Source: an uncultured Caldilineales bacterium
GTDB taxonomy: Bacteria > Chloroflexota > Anaerolineae > J102
Direction: 5' to 3'
Length of the DNA: 58,107 nt
Assembly (NCBI GenBank): GCA_964565065.1
Contig: CAZMDD010000132.1
Location: 1 to 58,107, forward strand
Shown here piece after piece: positions 9,433 to 18,897 of this stretch. Every line of letters starts with the position of its first letter. Within the stretch, counting starts at the first letter, position 1. The translations under genes and the position numbers were made by a program. The notes beneath the pieces are model-generated. The model did not search any database and had not been told where the DNA came from. It saw nothing but the letters and a program-made list of their open reading frames with translations.

Positions 9433-10128
9433 ATGCCTCTTTTGAGCCCTGATGACGCCAAAGCTGTACAGCAGCAATTTGAAGAAAACATTTCCCGCCC
9501 GGTCAAAATGATTGTGGTCACCAGCCAGCAAAATTGCATGTACTGCAAAGAAGTTAAAATGCTGGCTGAAGAACTGGCCGACCTTTCTGACCTGATTGCT
9601 GTTGAAGCCTACGACATGCAGCAAGATAAAGCCATTGTCGAACTTTACAACCTGGACAAAACGCCCGCCATGGTGGTCGTCGCCGATGGCCGCGGCGATG
9701 AGCCCGACACCGACTTCGGCATCCGCTTCTACGGCATCCCCAGCGGTTACGAATTCATGTCCATGCTCGATGCCCTGAACACCGTGGGCAGCAATGGCAA
9801 AAACATCCAGCTTATGCCCGAAACCCGGCAATTTTTGGACAACCTGACCCAGGATATTCACATGCAGGTCTTCATCACCCCCACCTGCCCCCATTGCCCC
9901 CGTGCCGTCATGCTGGCACACCATCTGGCCTATGCCAGCCCCCGCGTCACCTCCGACATGGTGGAAGCAATGGAATTCCAGGAACTTTCCAACAAATACA
10001 GCGTTTACGGCGTGCCCCGTTCCGTCATCAACGAAACAGTTCACCAAGAGGGTGCCGTGCCCGAGCCCATGATGCTGCAAAAGCTGAAAGAGGCTGTGGC
10101 TGTCAGCAGCCCCGCCACACCCGTCTAA
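9433..10128 (+). CDS. Protein-disulfide oxidoreductase with two thioredoxin folds (PDO/AhpF-NTD-like)
   Basis: CMYC and CPHC motifs, RFYGIPSGYEF, VYGVP; AAGGAG RBS. Confidence 0.9.
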   Translation: MPLLSPDDAKAVQQQFEENISRPVKMIVVTSQQNCMYCKEVKMLAEELADLSDLIAVEAYDMQQDKAIVELYNLDKTPAMVVVADGRGDEPDTDFGIRFYGIPSGYEFMSMLDALNTVGSNGKNIQLMPETRQFLDNLTQDIHMQVFITPTCPHCPRAVMLAHHLAYASPRVTSDMVEAMEFQELSNKYSVYGVPRSVINETVHQEGAVPEPMMLQKLKEAVAVSSPATPV

Positions 10129-10173
10129 AACATGCTGGCCTGCGCCAGTTTAGATTAACGATTCACGTCCCCC

Positions 10174-10209
10174 AAAACGCTTCCATCCATGCAGATGGAG
10201 GCGTTTTTT
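10174..10209 (+). terminator. Intrinsic terminator after the PDO gene
   Basis: AAAACGCTTCCATC..GATGGAGGCGTTTTTT hairpin. Confidence 0.8.
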
Positions 10210-10355
10210 ATTGCCCCCTTCTTGCCCACCATTTTTGCAGAAACATGATACAATTCAAGTACCTGTACAACGCATAGTTCCCTTTTGGTCGCCAAGACAC
10301 GAATCAAGCCCGTATGCGCTGCTGGCATCGGCAACTTTATGAAAGGCATGATAGC

Positions 10356-11060
10356 ATGAAACGATTGGCATTAGCATTGTTGGGCATCGGATTGGTGCTA
10401 ACCTTTGTCTTGGGAAACAGCGGCCCCATGACATTGATTTATCCACTATGGATTGCAACCTATCTATTTAGAGACAAGCTGGAGCAGATATTCGCCAAAT
10501 TTCCAGGCGCTACCGGATTTATTGTGGCAGGCGTTGCCTATGGGATGATCATCGAAGTCTTTGTCATCATGGATAACTGGCATATCCCCCCGGAAAAGCA
10601 GGTTCTGTTCGATGCAAACCCTGTGAAGGATTTGACTTTTGGAATCTTCTACTATGCCTTTGTGATACTTAGCTGGTATGCTCTGCTCAGAAAAATAACA
10701 TTTTCGCCCCGCGCCTTATTTTTGATTACCGGCCTTTATGGCCTTGTAGCCGAAGAATCTGGACAGGTTGTCATGCGGATGTTGCAGCAGCCATTTCCGG
10801 GCATCGTGTACGCGATTTTCGTGATGATTGTGTATGGAATGTTTCCCATGCTGGCACTCATGGTCACAGAAAAACGCTTCCCGCCCGAAAGAAAAAAGAA
10901 TCATCTGGGATGGAGCATTCTGGCGCTTGCCATTTTATTTTTACAACTCGCCATTTATGGCAACACCATCTTTCCCTGGTTGAAAAACATTTTGCCAGCA
11001 TCCTCCCTCACCCCCCCAAAAAACCTTGCCCAACTTCTCAGTTTACTTCACCTCGGGTAA
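10356..11060 (+). CDS. Hypothetical integral membrane protein (about 6 TM)
   Basis: Long hydrophobic ORF, visibly more AT-rich; ends 8 bp before the radical SAM gene; start moved to ATG 10356. Confidence 0.7.
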   Translation: MKRLALALLGIGLVLTFVLGNSGPMTLIYPLWIATYLFRDKLEQIFAKFPGATGFIVAGVAYGMIIEVFVIMDNWHIPPEKQVLFDANPVKDLTFGIFYYAFVILSWYALLRKITFSPRALFLITGLYGLVAEESGQVVMRMLQQPFPGIVYAIFVMIVYGMFPMLALMVTEKRFPPERKKNHLGWSILALAILFLQLAIYGNTIFPWLKNILPASSLTPPKNLAQLLSLLHLG

Positions 11061-11068
11061 GATGAAGC

Positions 11069-12307
11069 ATGCCTCATTTTGATTTCCTCCTCCCCGACGC
11101 CCGCCCGGTACACATTCGCGTCAATGACCGCGCCCTGACTATCAGCATCGACGAACTCAGCGTCTACACCTTTGATCTGGCGGGACGTTTGTTTGGCCTG
11201 TTCGACCACGGCATCAACTATCGTCGGGGCCTGGATGGCCGCATTCTGGCCCGATGGCGGGAGAAACAGGGGCAGCGGGCCCGGCGCTGGCTATCGCCCG
11301 AAGCACGCGACGCCCTGATGGTTACTGTGCAACAAGCGCTAAAACAGCTACAAGCCGCCATCCCCGCAGCCGCAGGCCCGCCACTGCATCCTCTACTGCA
11401 ACGGGCCATCAACTTCGACCACCAGGCCGACGCCCATGAATTCGCCCATGTTTACCGCCCGGTCAGCATCCTGCCCCCCGACCAATACCAGGCCCTGGTG
11501 CTGCAAGCCACCGAAGGCTGCTCCTTCAACACCTGCACCTTTTGCACCCTTTATCGCGACCGACCCTTCAAAATCCAATCGCCCGCCAGCTTTGCCCGAC
11601 ACCTGGATGAAGTCAGAGCCTTCTTCGGGCCCGGCATCACCCTGCGTCGCAGCCTCTTTTTGGCTGATGCCAACGCCCTCATCATCCCCCAAAAGCGCCT
11701 TTTGCCCCTGATGCAGCAGCTCGCCCGCGCGTTCCGCATCATGCCCGCGGGCCTGGACGCGCCCGCACGCCGCGCCTGGCAAACCGCACATCCCCAGGGC
11801 ATGACCGGCCTGTACGCGTTTGTCGATGGCCTGAGCGCAGAGCGCAAAAGCGCGGAGGATTTTCGGGAACTGCGCGCACTGGGTCTACGCCGCGTTTACA
11901 TCGGTCTGGAAAGTGGCCACGAACCCCTGCTGGCCTGGCTGCAAAAACCCAGCAGCGCCGCCGAAATGGCACAAGCGGTCGGACACATGAAACAAGCGGG
12001 CCTGGCCGTGGGCGTCATCGTGCTACTGGGTGCGGGCGGAGAACCCTTTGATGCCGGTCATGTGCAGGATACCGCCGCCATACTCAACGCCATGCCCCTG
12101 GATGCCACCGACATCATCTATCTGAGCCCCTTCCAGCCGGACATAGGCGCACCTTACCTGGCTTTGGCGCAAGAAGCGGGCATTGCACTGCCAACGCCAC
12201 AACTGATCGCTGCTCAACGACAGCGCCTACTGGCAGCATTGCGTCTGCCCGAGCCCCCAGCGGGTCCCAAGCGCGTGCCCTACAACCTGGCCGATTTTGT
12301 GTATTGA
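11069..12307 (+). CDS. Radical SAM protein with N-terminal extension
   Basis: EGCSFNTCTFC cluster motif, FLADANAL, RVYIGLESG, VIVLLGAGG. Confidence 0.88.
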   Translation: MPHFDFLLPDARPVHIRVNDRALTISIDELSVYTFDLAGRLFGLFDHGINYRRGLDGRILARWREKQGQRARRWLSPEARDALMVTVQQALKQLQAAIPAAAGPPLHPLLQRAINFDHQADAHEFAHVYRPVSILPPDQYQALVLQATEGCSFNTCTFCTLYRDRPFKIQSPASFARHLDEVRAFFGPGITLRRSLFLADANALIIPQKRLLPLMQQLARAFRIMPAGLDAPARRAWQTAHPQGMTGLYAFVDGLSAERKSAEDFRELRALGLRRVYIGLESGHEPLLAWLQKPSSAAEMAQAVGHMKQAGLAVGVIVLLGAGGEPFDAGHVQDTAAILNAMPLDATDIIYLSPFQPDIGAPYLALAQEAGIALPTPQLIAAQRQRLLAALRLPEPPAGPKRVPYNLADFVY

Positions 12308-12312
12308 AAAAT

Positions 12313-12454
12313 GTTACGACTAAGGTAGCCCGGCTAGAAACCACTAAGATACGAAGCCACAAAGGCACAAAGAAAGAAAAAGGTTTGAAATGCTTGGTGT
12401 TCTTAGTGTCTTTGTGCCTTTGTGGTGACTGAAGTCGGGGACGTTAGTCGTTAC
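12313..12454 (+). mobile_element. MITE family A copy (142 bp)
   Basis: 8-bp direct repeat TGAAAAAT at 12305-12312 and 12455-12462; the duplication includes the radical SAM stop codon. Confidence 0.93.
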
Positions 12455-12584
12455 TGAAAAATAAAAAAAGCTGGAGCACGGGAGCGGGAACGACACACAA
12501 CAGCAGCAAAATCAACCCATCGGTTGATAGCCAATCATCTTCCAGCCTGATGACAACGCACGCTCAGTATGCTAAACTGGGATT

Positions 12585-12735
12585 AAAACCTGACGAAAAT
12601 AGATTCGGCACTAAAAACGTCACCTTAACGGTAGCTATCTAAGTAGGTGATGCCATAGAAGTTGAAATGGAGCGATTCATCACTATCCAGAACACACCAC
12701 CAAGAGCACCAAGGCACGAAGAAAAAGCAAAAACC
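12585..12735. repeat. Fragments of repeat family B
   Basis: 12640-12735 resembles 41771-41865; reverse complement of about 12590-12622 resembles 41981-42013. Confidence 0.75.
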
Positions 12736-12827
12736 GCTCAAGAAAAATCCACGCATTCCGTAAAATCTATAATTGATGCGTCTCACCACAGATTTCACAC
12801 ATTCTCACAGGCACCAGGAGCCCCCCC

Positions 12828-13751
12828 ATGTCCCCACAAACCCAAGTTAGCCATCTGCGCAAGGTCTACGGCGAAACAGTGGCTGTGAATGATGTTTCCT
12901 TCTCCGTAGAGGCAGGCGAGATATTCGGCATCATCGGGCCCAACGGCGCAGGCAAAACCACCACGGTCGAGTGCATCATCGGCCTGCGCCAGCCAGATGC
13001 CGGAAAAATAACGGTACTGGGACTGGATGCGCTGCAACAGCGCGATGCCATCATCCCCCGCATCGGCATCCAGTTGCAAGAATCCTCTCTGCCCCCCCGC
13101 ATCAAAGTGTGGGAGGCCCTGGAACTCTTCGCATCCTTCTACCAACACACCATCCCCTGGGAACCCCTGCTGGAAACCTGGGGCCTGGCCCATAAACGCA
13201 ACAGCACCTTTGATAAACTTTCGGGCGGACAAAAACAGCGCCTGTTCATCTGCCTGGCACTGCTCAACGATCCCGAAATCGTCTTCTTGGATGAACTGAC
13301 CACTGGCCTGGATCCCAAGGCCCGCCGCGACACCTGGCAGGCCATTCAGGCAATTCGCGATCAGGGCAAAACAGTGGTGCTCGTTACGCATTTTATGGAT
13401 GAAGCGGAATACCTTTGCGACCGAGTCGCCATCATCGACCAGGGCCGGGTCATTGCCCTGGATTCACCCCAGGGCTTGATTAACAGCCTCAATGGCGAGC
13501 AGCGCATCCTGTTCGAAACCCGGGGTCACTTCCCCATCGACCTCATGCGCAGCATTCCCCAGGTTACAAAAGTGGAGGTGGATCATTTTTCGGGCGTGGT
13601 CTATGGCCGCGAGCAAGGCTTTATTGCCGCAGTAGTCACAGCCCTGGAATCCCATCACATCCCCTACAAAAATTTGCGAACCCAACACCCCGATCTGGAA
13701 GATGTCTTTTTGGCTCTGACAGGACGCTCTCTTGCCGCCACGGAGGCTTGA
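12828..13751 (+). CDS. ABC transporter ATP-binding protein (drug-exporter/ABC-2 type)
   Basis: GPNGAGKTT, LSGGQKQR, VFLDELTTGLD, LVTH; CAGGAG RBS. Confidence 0.95.
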   Translation: MSPQTQVSHLRKVYGETVAVNDVSFSVEAGEIFGIIGPNGAGKTTTVECIIGLRQPDAGKITVLGLDALQQRDAIIPRIGIQLQESSLPPRIKVWEALELFASFYQHTIPWEPLLETWGLAHKRNSTFDKLSGGQKQRLFICLALLNDPEIVFLDELTTGLDPKARRDTWQAIQAIRDQGKTVVLVTHFMDEAEYLCDRVAIIDQGRVIALDSPQGLINSLNGEQRILFETRGHFPIDLMRSIPQVTKVEVDHFSGVVYGREQGFIAAVVTALESHHIPYKNLRTQHPDLEDVFLALTGRSLAATEA

Positions 13752-13753
13752 CT

Positions 13754-14509
13754 ATGCGCACATCTATCCGCAGCTTCCTCAAACTCAGCATCATTCAGTT
13801 CAAACTCTTTTTGCGTGAGCCCCTGGCCTTCTTCTTCACCATCATCTTCCCGGTGGCGCTGTTGTTACTGTTCGGAGCCATTTGGGGCAATGAACCGGGC
13901 AGCGCCGGGCCCGGCAATCCCCATGGCTACATCGATTCCGAAGTGCCCGCACTCACCGGTCTCATCATCGCCACCATCGCCCTGATGAGCCTGCCCATTG
14001 CCACAGCCGCGGCCCGTGAACACAAATTGCTACGTCGCTACCGGGCCACCCCTCTTTCCCCCGCGATCTACCTGGCCGCGGATGTGACTGTGTACTTCTT
14101 CATTGCACTGGCAGGGCTGGCTTTGCTGGTTTTAACGGGCAAACTGGTTTTCGATATGCACGTCGCCGGCAACAAACTCAGCATCGTGGCCGGATTTTTG
14201 CTCAGCACCCTCTCCTTCATCGCCGGCGGCTATCTCATCGCCAGCCTGGCCCCTTCGGAGCGATCAGCGCAAATCATCGGCCAATTCATTTATTTTCCCA
14301 TGATGTTCCTTTCGGGCGCGACCATGCCTCTGGCCATCCTGCCCAAAAACATCCGTCAGGTATCGGAATGGCTGCCGCTGACCCATGTGGTGCGTCTGCT
14401 GCAAAACCTGTGGTACGGCGAAGGCTGGGATATGACCGCAGTCATCGTCTTGCTGGCTTTGCTGGTGATTGGTACAATCCTTTCTACCCGCTTCTTCCGC
14501 TGGGAGTAA
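13754..14509 (+). CDS. ABC-2 type permease
   Basis: 6 TM, LRRYRATPL, FPMMFLSG, LPLTHVV; GGAGG RBS favours ATG 13754. Confidence 0.92.
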   Translation: MRTSIRSFLKLSIIQFKLFLREPLAFFFTIIFPVALLLLFGAIWGNEPGSAGPGNPHGYIDSEVPALTGLIIATIALMSLPIATAAAREHKLLRRYRATPLSPAIYLAADVTVYFFIALAGLALLVLTGKLVFDMHVAGNKLSIVAGFLLSTLSFIAGGYLIASLAPSERSAQIIGQFIYFPMMFLSGATMPLAILPKNIRQVSEWLPLTHVVRLLQNLWYGEGWDMTAVIVLLALLVIGTILSTRFFRWE

Positions 14510-14518
14510 CCTCATCCT

Positions 14519-15742
14519 ATGCCCCATCGCTCTTCTGACGCCTTCCAGGAAAGCTATTTTTGGCAACGCTGGGTTTGGGTGTGGTCAGGATTCTTCTTTC
14601 TGACCGCGTTGATTCCCCTGGCCATTGTGTGGCGCGACCCCAGCATGAGTCAGGCGCAGCGCTGGCAAGATTCAATGTTGACCGCGATGGCAATGCTTTT
14701 GCATCTGATTCTAACGCAAATCTTCATGCGCCGCATGGGCAACCTGCGAGAAAAAAAACAGGTGGTGTTGCCCTACATGCTGACGCTGATTTTTCTTTGG
14801 TTCCTGCTGGTCAACAGCCATCCTGCGTTCAACATCATGCTAGGCGGCTTGTTCAGCCAATTATTTTTGTGGCTGAACTTGCGCTGGGCCATTCCCTTCA
14901 CCCTGGGCATCAGCTTTCTCATTTTTGGGATGCAACGGAACTGGCAGTTTTCATGGCAGAGCATCAAAGACCCCACTCTTTGGATGTGGCTTTTTGTGGC
15001 GGCAACACCTATTTTGCTGGCCCTGTTCATTGGTGCTATCACCAACGAAAGTGAACGGCGTCAGCAGCTCATCCAAAAATTACAGGCCGCCCAAAGCGAT
15101 TTGGCGCAATCGGAGCGACGAGCGGGGATGCTGGCTGAACGGCAGCGTCTGGCCCGAGAAATCCACGACACCCTGGCTCAGGGATTCACCAGCATCGTCA
15201 TGCACCTGGAGGCCGCCGAGCAGGCCATTGGCCAAGATGACGCCATTGTGCAAAAACATGTCGATCGGGCACGTCGTACCGCCCGCGGCAGTCTGGAACA
15301 AGCCCGGCGCGTGGTCAATGATCTTATGCCAGAGCCGCTGGAGCGAGCCAGCTTGCCCGAGGCCATCGCCCGGGTAGCAGAACAATGGTCGGCCCAGCAC
15401 GATATTGCATCAACCACCACTTGCACCGGCCACTGCGCACCCCTACCCCCCGAAATCGAGATCATCTTGCTGCGGGCCACGCAAGAGGCTCTGAACAACA
15501 TCGCCAAGCACGCCCGGGCCAGCCAGGCCACCATCACCCTCTCCTACATGCCCGATGTCATCATGCTGGATGTGCAGGATGATGGCGCTGGCATGCGGGA
15601 TGCCGCGGCCCGTGGCACAGGCCTGACCGCCATGCAGCAGCGATTGACCGCGGCGGGCGGCAGTCTGCACATCGAAACCGAGCCAGGAGTTGGAACCACC
15701 CTGGTCTTGAGCATTCCGCTGGTGGAGTTTGCAAATGACTGA
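14519..15742 (+). CDS. Membrane sensor histidine kinase, HisKA_3 (DesK/NarX-like)
   Basis: ERQRLAREIHDTLAQG, QEALNNIAKHA, DDGAG, GTGL. Confidence 0.95.
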   Translation: MPHRSSDAFQESYFWQRWVWVWSGFFFLTALIPLAIVWRDPSMSQAQRWQDSMLTAMAMLLHLILTQIFMRRMGNLREKKQVVLPYMLTLIFLWFLLVNSHPAFNIMLGGLFSQLFLWLNLRWAIPFTLGISFLIFGMQRNWQFSWQSIKDPTLWMWLFVAATPILLALFIGAITNESERRQQLIQKLQAAQSDLAQSERRAGMLAERQRLAREIHDTLAQGFTSIVMHLEAAEQAIGQDDAIVQKHVDRARRTARGSLEQARRVVNDLMPEPLERASLPEAIARVAEQWSAQHDIASTTTCTGHCAPLPPEIEIILLRATQEALNNIAKHARASQATITLSYMPDVIMLDVQDDGAGMRDAAARGTGLTAMQQRLTAAGGSLHIETEPGVGTTLVLSIPLVEFAND

Positions 15743-16373
15743 GCAGAAAATTCGTATTCTCATTATTGATGACCATTTTGTGGTGCGCGAGGGTCTCAAA
15801 GGCATCCTGGCCGGACAAGATGATTTCGAGGTGGTGGGTGAGGCTGCGGATGGCGAAACGGGCGTCAGCCTGGCCGCTGCCCTGCAACCTCGCGTGGTAC
15901 TTATGGATTTACGCATGCCCGGCATGAACGGCGTGGCCGCCATCCAAGCGATAAAAGCCCGGGGGCTGCCATGTGATATTTTGGTACTCACCACCTACGA
16001 TAGCGATGCAGACATCGTTCCCGCCATCGAAGCGGGAGCCACCGGCTACCTGCTCAAGGATGCACCGCGGGCCGATTTATTCCGGGGCATCCGGGCCGCG
16101 GCCCGCGGTGAATCCTACCTGGCTCCCACTGTAGCCTCACGCATGATGCGGCACCTGCGCACGCCCACATCCGCAGTGGTCAGCGCCCGCGAAATCGAGG
16201 TACTGCAACAAGTGGCCCGCGGTCTCAGCAATCGTGAGATTGCCCGAAATCTGCACATCAGCGAAGCCACTGTCAAAACACATCTGGTACACATCTACGA
16301 TAAACTGGCAGTCAAACATCGCACCGCCGCGGTTATGGTTGCGCTGGAAAAAGGACTTTTGCCCATGCCCTAG
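15735..16373 (+). CDS. NarL/LuxR-family response regulator
   Basis: IIDDHFVVREG, LMDLRMP, GYLLKD, SAREIEVL..GLSNREIA..TVKTH HTH. Confidence 0.96.
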   Translation: MTEQKIRILIIDDHFVVREGLKGILAGQDDFEVVGEAADGETGVSLAAALQPRVVLMDLRMPGMNGVAAIQAIKARGLPCDILVLTTYDSDADIVPAIEAGATGYLLKDAPRADLFRGIRAAARGESYLAPTVASRMMRHLRTPTSAVVSAREIEVLQQVARGLSNREIARNLHISEATVKTHLVHIYDKLAVKHRTAAVMVALEKGLLPMP

Positions 16374-16415
16374 CGCACAGGCGCCCGCACATCATGCGGC
16401 CGTGTGCGCACCTCC

Positions 16416-16536
16416 GCCCGCGGCTGAAGCCACGGGCTACCAAGGCAAAGCCCCGCTGGGGCTGCCCCCTCAGGTGTCTGCTGCGCAGCCGGTCAGTGGG
16501 TCAGAGGTCAGAGGCCAGAGAGTCAGTGATCAGTGG
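16416..16536 (-). repeat. Copy 2 of the 81-bp hairpin repeat plus TGACCTC-type heptamers
   Basis: Reverse complement of 108-188 followed by about 6 heptamer units. Confidence 0.9.
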
Positions 16537-16750
16537 TAAACCGCCAGCCCCTCCCACCGTGAGGCCCCAGCCGAAACGGGGGGAGGCTGGGAGGGGGGCA
16601 CAGGCGCCCGCTCAACCGTCATCAACCGCCACCAATCTCCCCTGAATTTTCAAATCCCCTCCAAGACCCGCCCGCCCGCCGCCCACGCGGTTGAGCCGTC
16701 CCCCGTGCCAATGCCAAGCCCCGCCTTTCCGCTGCCCGAGCCGGGCGCCC

Positions 16751-16794
16751 AACCTTCCAACCTTGAACCGTGAACCCCTCAACCTTCAACCCTG
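16751..16794 (+). repeat. Imperfect AACC(T/G)T(C/G) heptamer tandem
   Basis: aaccttcc aaccttg aaccgtg aacccctc aaccttc aaccctg. Confidence 0.7.
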
Positions 16795-16840
16795 GGTGGC
16801 AAAAAATTGAAAGCCACGACCTATATCGTTACGATGCCCT

Positions 16841-17677
16841 ATGATTTTGACCGGACTCATCGGCTGGCCCGTTGCACACTCCAAATCACCAACCATGCAC
16901 AATGCCGCATTTGCCGCCGCGGGTCTGGATGGCCGCTATGTGTTGTTGCCCGTTGCGCCCGAACGTGTGCGCGAGGCTGTGCCAGGATTGCGGGCGCTGG
17001 GTTTTAGGGGCGCCAATGTCACTGTTCCGCACAAACAAGCGGTTATGCCCTTTTTGGATGCGCTGACGCCCGAGGCCCGGGCCATTGGCGCGGTCAACAC
17101 CATCCTGGTACAAAAAAATGGCGATTTGCTGGGAACCAACACCGATGCAGCGGGCTTCATGGCTGATTTGCGGGCGCTGGATGTGCCCTTGGCCCAAGTG
17201 GCTGCCACGGGCGCATTGGTGCTGGGAGCGGGCGGCTCTGCCCGGGCCGTGGTTTATGCACTGGCCCAACGTAACATTCCCGTAAGCGTGCTGGCTCGCC
17301 GCCCTGAACAGGCCCAAGCGCTGGTATCCACGCTTTCTGACCATTTGCCTGCCAAAACTCGGCTCAGCGCTCACCCCTGGTCTCGAATCGCCCATCTGGC
17401 CCCCAACGCCCAGCTCATTGTCAATTGTACGCCAGTGGGCATGAGCCCCCACATTCACGCCATGCCCTGGCCCGCTACACTACCCTTCTCACGGCAACAG
17501 TACTTGTACGATCTCATCTACAATCCCCGCCAAACCGAACTCATGGCCCACGCCCGGGCCACGGGCGCACAGGCACATCATGGCCTGGGCATGCTCATAC
17601 ACCAGGGCGCACAGGCATGGCATTTGTGGACAGGCCAACCCGCGCCCATTGCTGTTATGCGGGCCGCGGTTGAATAA
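16841..17677 (+). CDS. aroE: Shikimate dehydrogenase
   Basis: GWPVAHSKSPTMHN, GANVTVPHKQ, GAVNT, NTDAAG, LGAGGSAR, VNCTPVGM, DLIYNP. Confidence 0.96.
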   Translation: MILTGLIGWPVAHSKSPTMHNAAFAAAGLDGRYVLLPVAPERVREAVPGLRALGFRGANVTVPHKQAVMPFLDALTPEARAIGAVNTILVQKNGDLLGTNTDAAGFMADLRALDVPLAQVAATGALVLGAGGSARAVVYALAQRNIPVSVLARRPEQAQALVSTLSDHLPAKTRLSAHPWSRIAHLAPNAQLIVNCTPVGMSPHIHAMPWPATLPFSRQQYLYDLIYNPRQTELMAHARATGAQAHHGLGMLIHQGAQAWHLWTGQPAPIAVMRAAVE

Positions 17678-17717
17678 GCCATGGGCAATCAATGAGAACA
17701 GCATCTCTGCGCTATTC

Positions 17718-18668
17718 TCAAAATTCGAAATAACGCTCCAGCAACTTGCCCACATCCAAATTGCCGCCCGAAACAATCAAACCAACCTTCTTGCCCTGAA
17801 AACCCTCCTTTTCGCGGAGCAACGCGGCCAGGGGCACTGCCGCCGAGGGCTCGGCAATAACTTTCAAACGTTCCCAAATCAGACGCATCGCCGCCACAAT
17901 CTCTTGCTCTTCGACCCGGATGATGCGTTGAACATGCTGCTGGATGATGGGGAAATCGACATCTCCCAACTGCGTTTTTAAACCATCGGCAATGGTGTTG
18001 GTGGTGATATTGGATTGAATGACACCACTTTGTAAAGAACGATAAGCATCATCGGCCTCCAAGGGCTCCCCTCCGATGACCTGGCAATTGTCACCAAAAG
18101 CGTGGGCAGCCAACGCGGTGCCAGCCAGCAAACCACCCCCGCCTACGGGCGCAAAAATCACATCCAAATCGGGCTGTTCCTCCAGCAATTCCTTGGCAGC
18201 AGTCCCCTGGCCCAAAATAACATCGAGGTTATTGGATGAGTGGATGAAGGTTGCGCCCTCGCGTTGCTGAATGTTACGGGCTGTTTGTTCCCGGGCGGAC
18301 AAAGTGGGCTCACACTCGGTGATGATGCCGCCATAACCTCGGACAGCATCCTTTTTAACTTGCGGCGCGGTGGCGGGCATGACGATATAAGCTTTGATGC
18401 CCAGGCTATGCGCGGCAAACGAAAGCGCCTGCGCAAAATTCCCCGAAGAATGTGTTACGACACCTCGCCGACGCTGCTCATCATCAAGCTGCATGATGGC
18501 ATTGGTGGCACCACGCATCTTGAATGCACCAGTTTTCTGAAAATTATCGCACTTGAAAAAGAGTTGGGCTCCGGCCAGCTCATCGAGTAACCTTGATGTA
18601 AGAACGGGCGTGCGATGAATGTAAGGGGCAATGCGTTGGTGGGCTGCAATCAAATCTTGTTGATACAT
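17718..18668 (-). CDS. PLP-dependent serine racemase/dehydratase-family enzyme (fold type II)
   Basis: FQKTGAFKMRG PLP lysine, THSSGN, GQGT, PVGGGGL, EPSAAV, SGGN; no C-terminal ACT domain; start moved to ATG 18668. Confidence 0.9.
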   Translation of the reverse strand: MYQQDLIAAHQRIAPYIHRTPVLTSRLLDELAGAQLFFKCDNFQKTGAFKMRGATNAIMQLDDEQRRRGVVTHSSGNFAQALSFAAHSLGIKAYIVMPATAPQVKKDAVRGYGGIITECEPTLSAREQTARNIQQREGATFIHSSNNLDVILGQGTAAKELLEEQPDLDVIFAPVGGGGLLAGTALAAHAFGDNCQVIGGEPLEADDAYRSLQSGVIQSNITTNTIADGLKTQLGDVDFPIIQQHVQRIIRVEEQEIVAAMRLIWERLKVIAEPSAAVPLAALLREKEGFQGKKVGLIVSGGNLDVGKLLERYFEF

Positions 18669-18897
18669 AAGGTTGTCGGTGATGAGTGGCCAGTGGGAAG
18701 GGTGGTTGTTGGCTCGAATTATACGGCCCCTGATGCCGGCTGTCAACAAGCGTTCAACGGGCCTCTGTGATGCGCTTCATTTTGGGCGGCTCATGCTCGC
18801 ACGCCCGCACATCATGCCCCCGCGCGGCCCGAGCCGAAACACTTCGGATGACGCAATAGTTACCAAAATAGCAGCTTTATGGTAAAATATGACTGTT

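Noticed and set aside
11069-16373. RiPP cluster (radical SAM + ABC exporter + two-component system)
   Set aside because: No precursor peptide, SPASM/RRE domain or peptidase; a MITE and repeat debris separate the SAM gene from a standard exporter-regulator unit.
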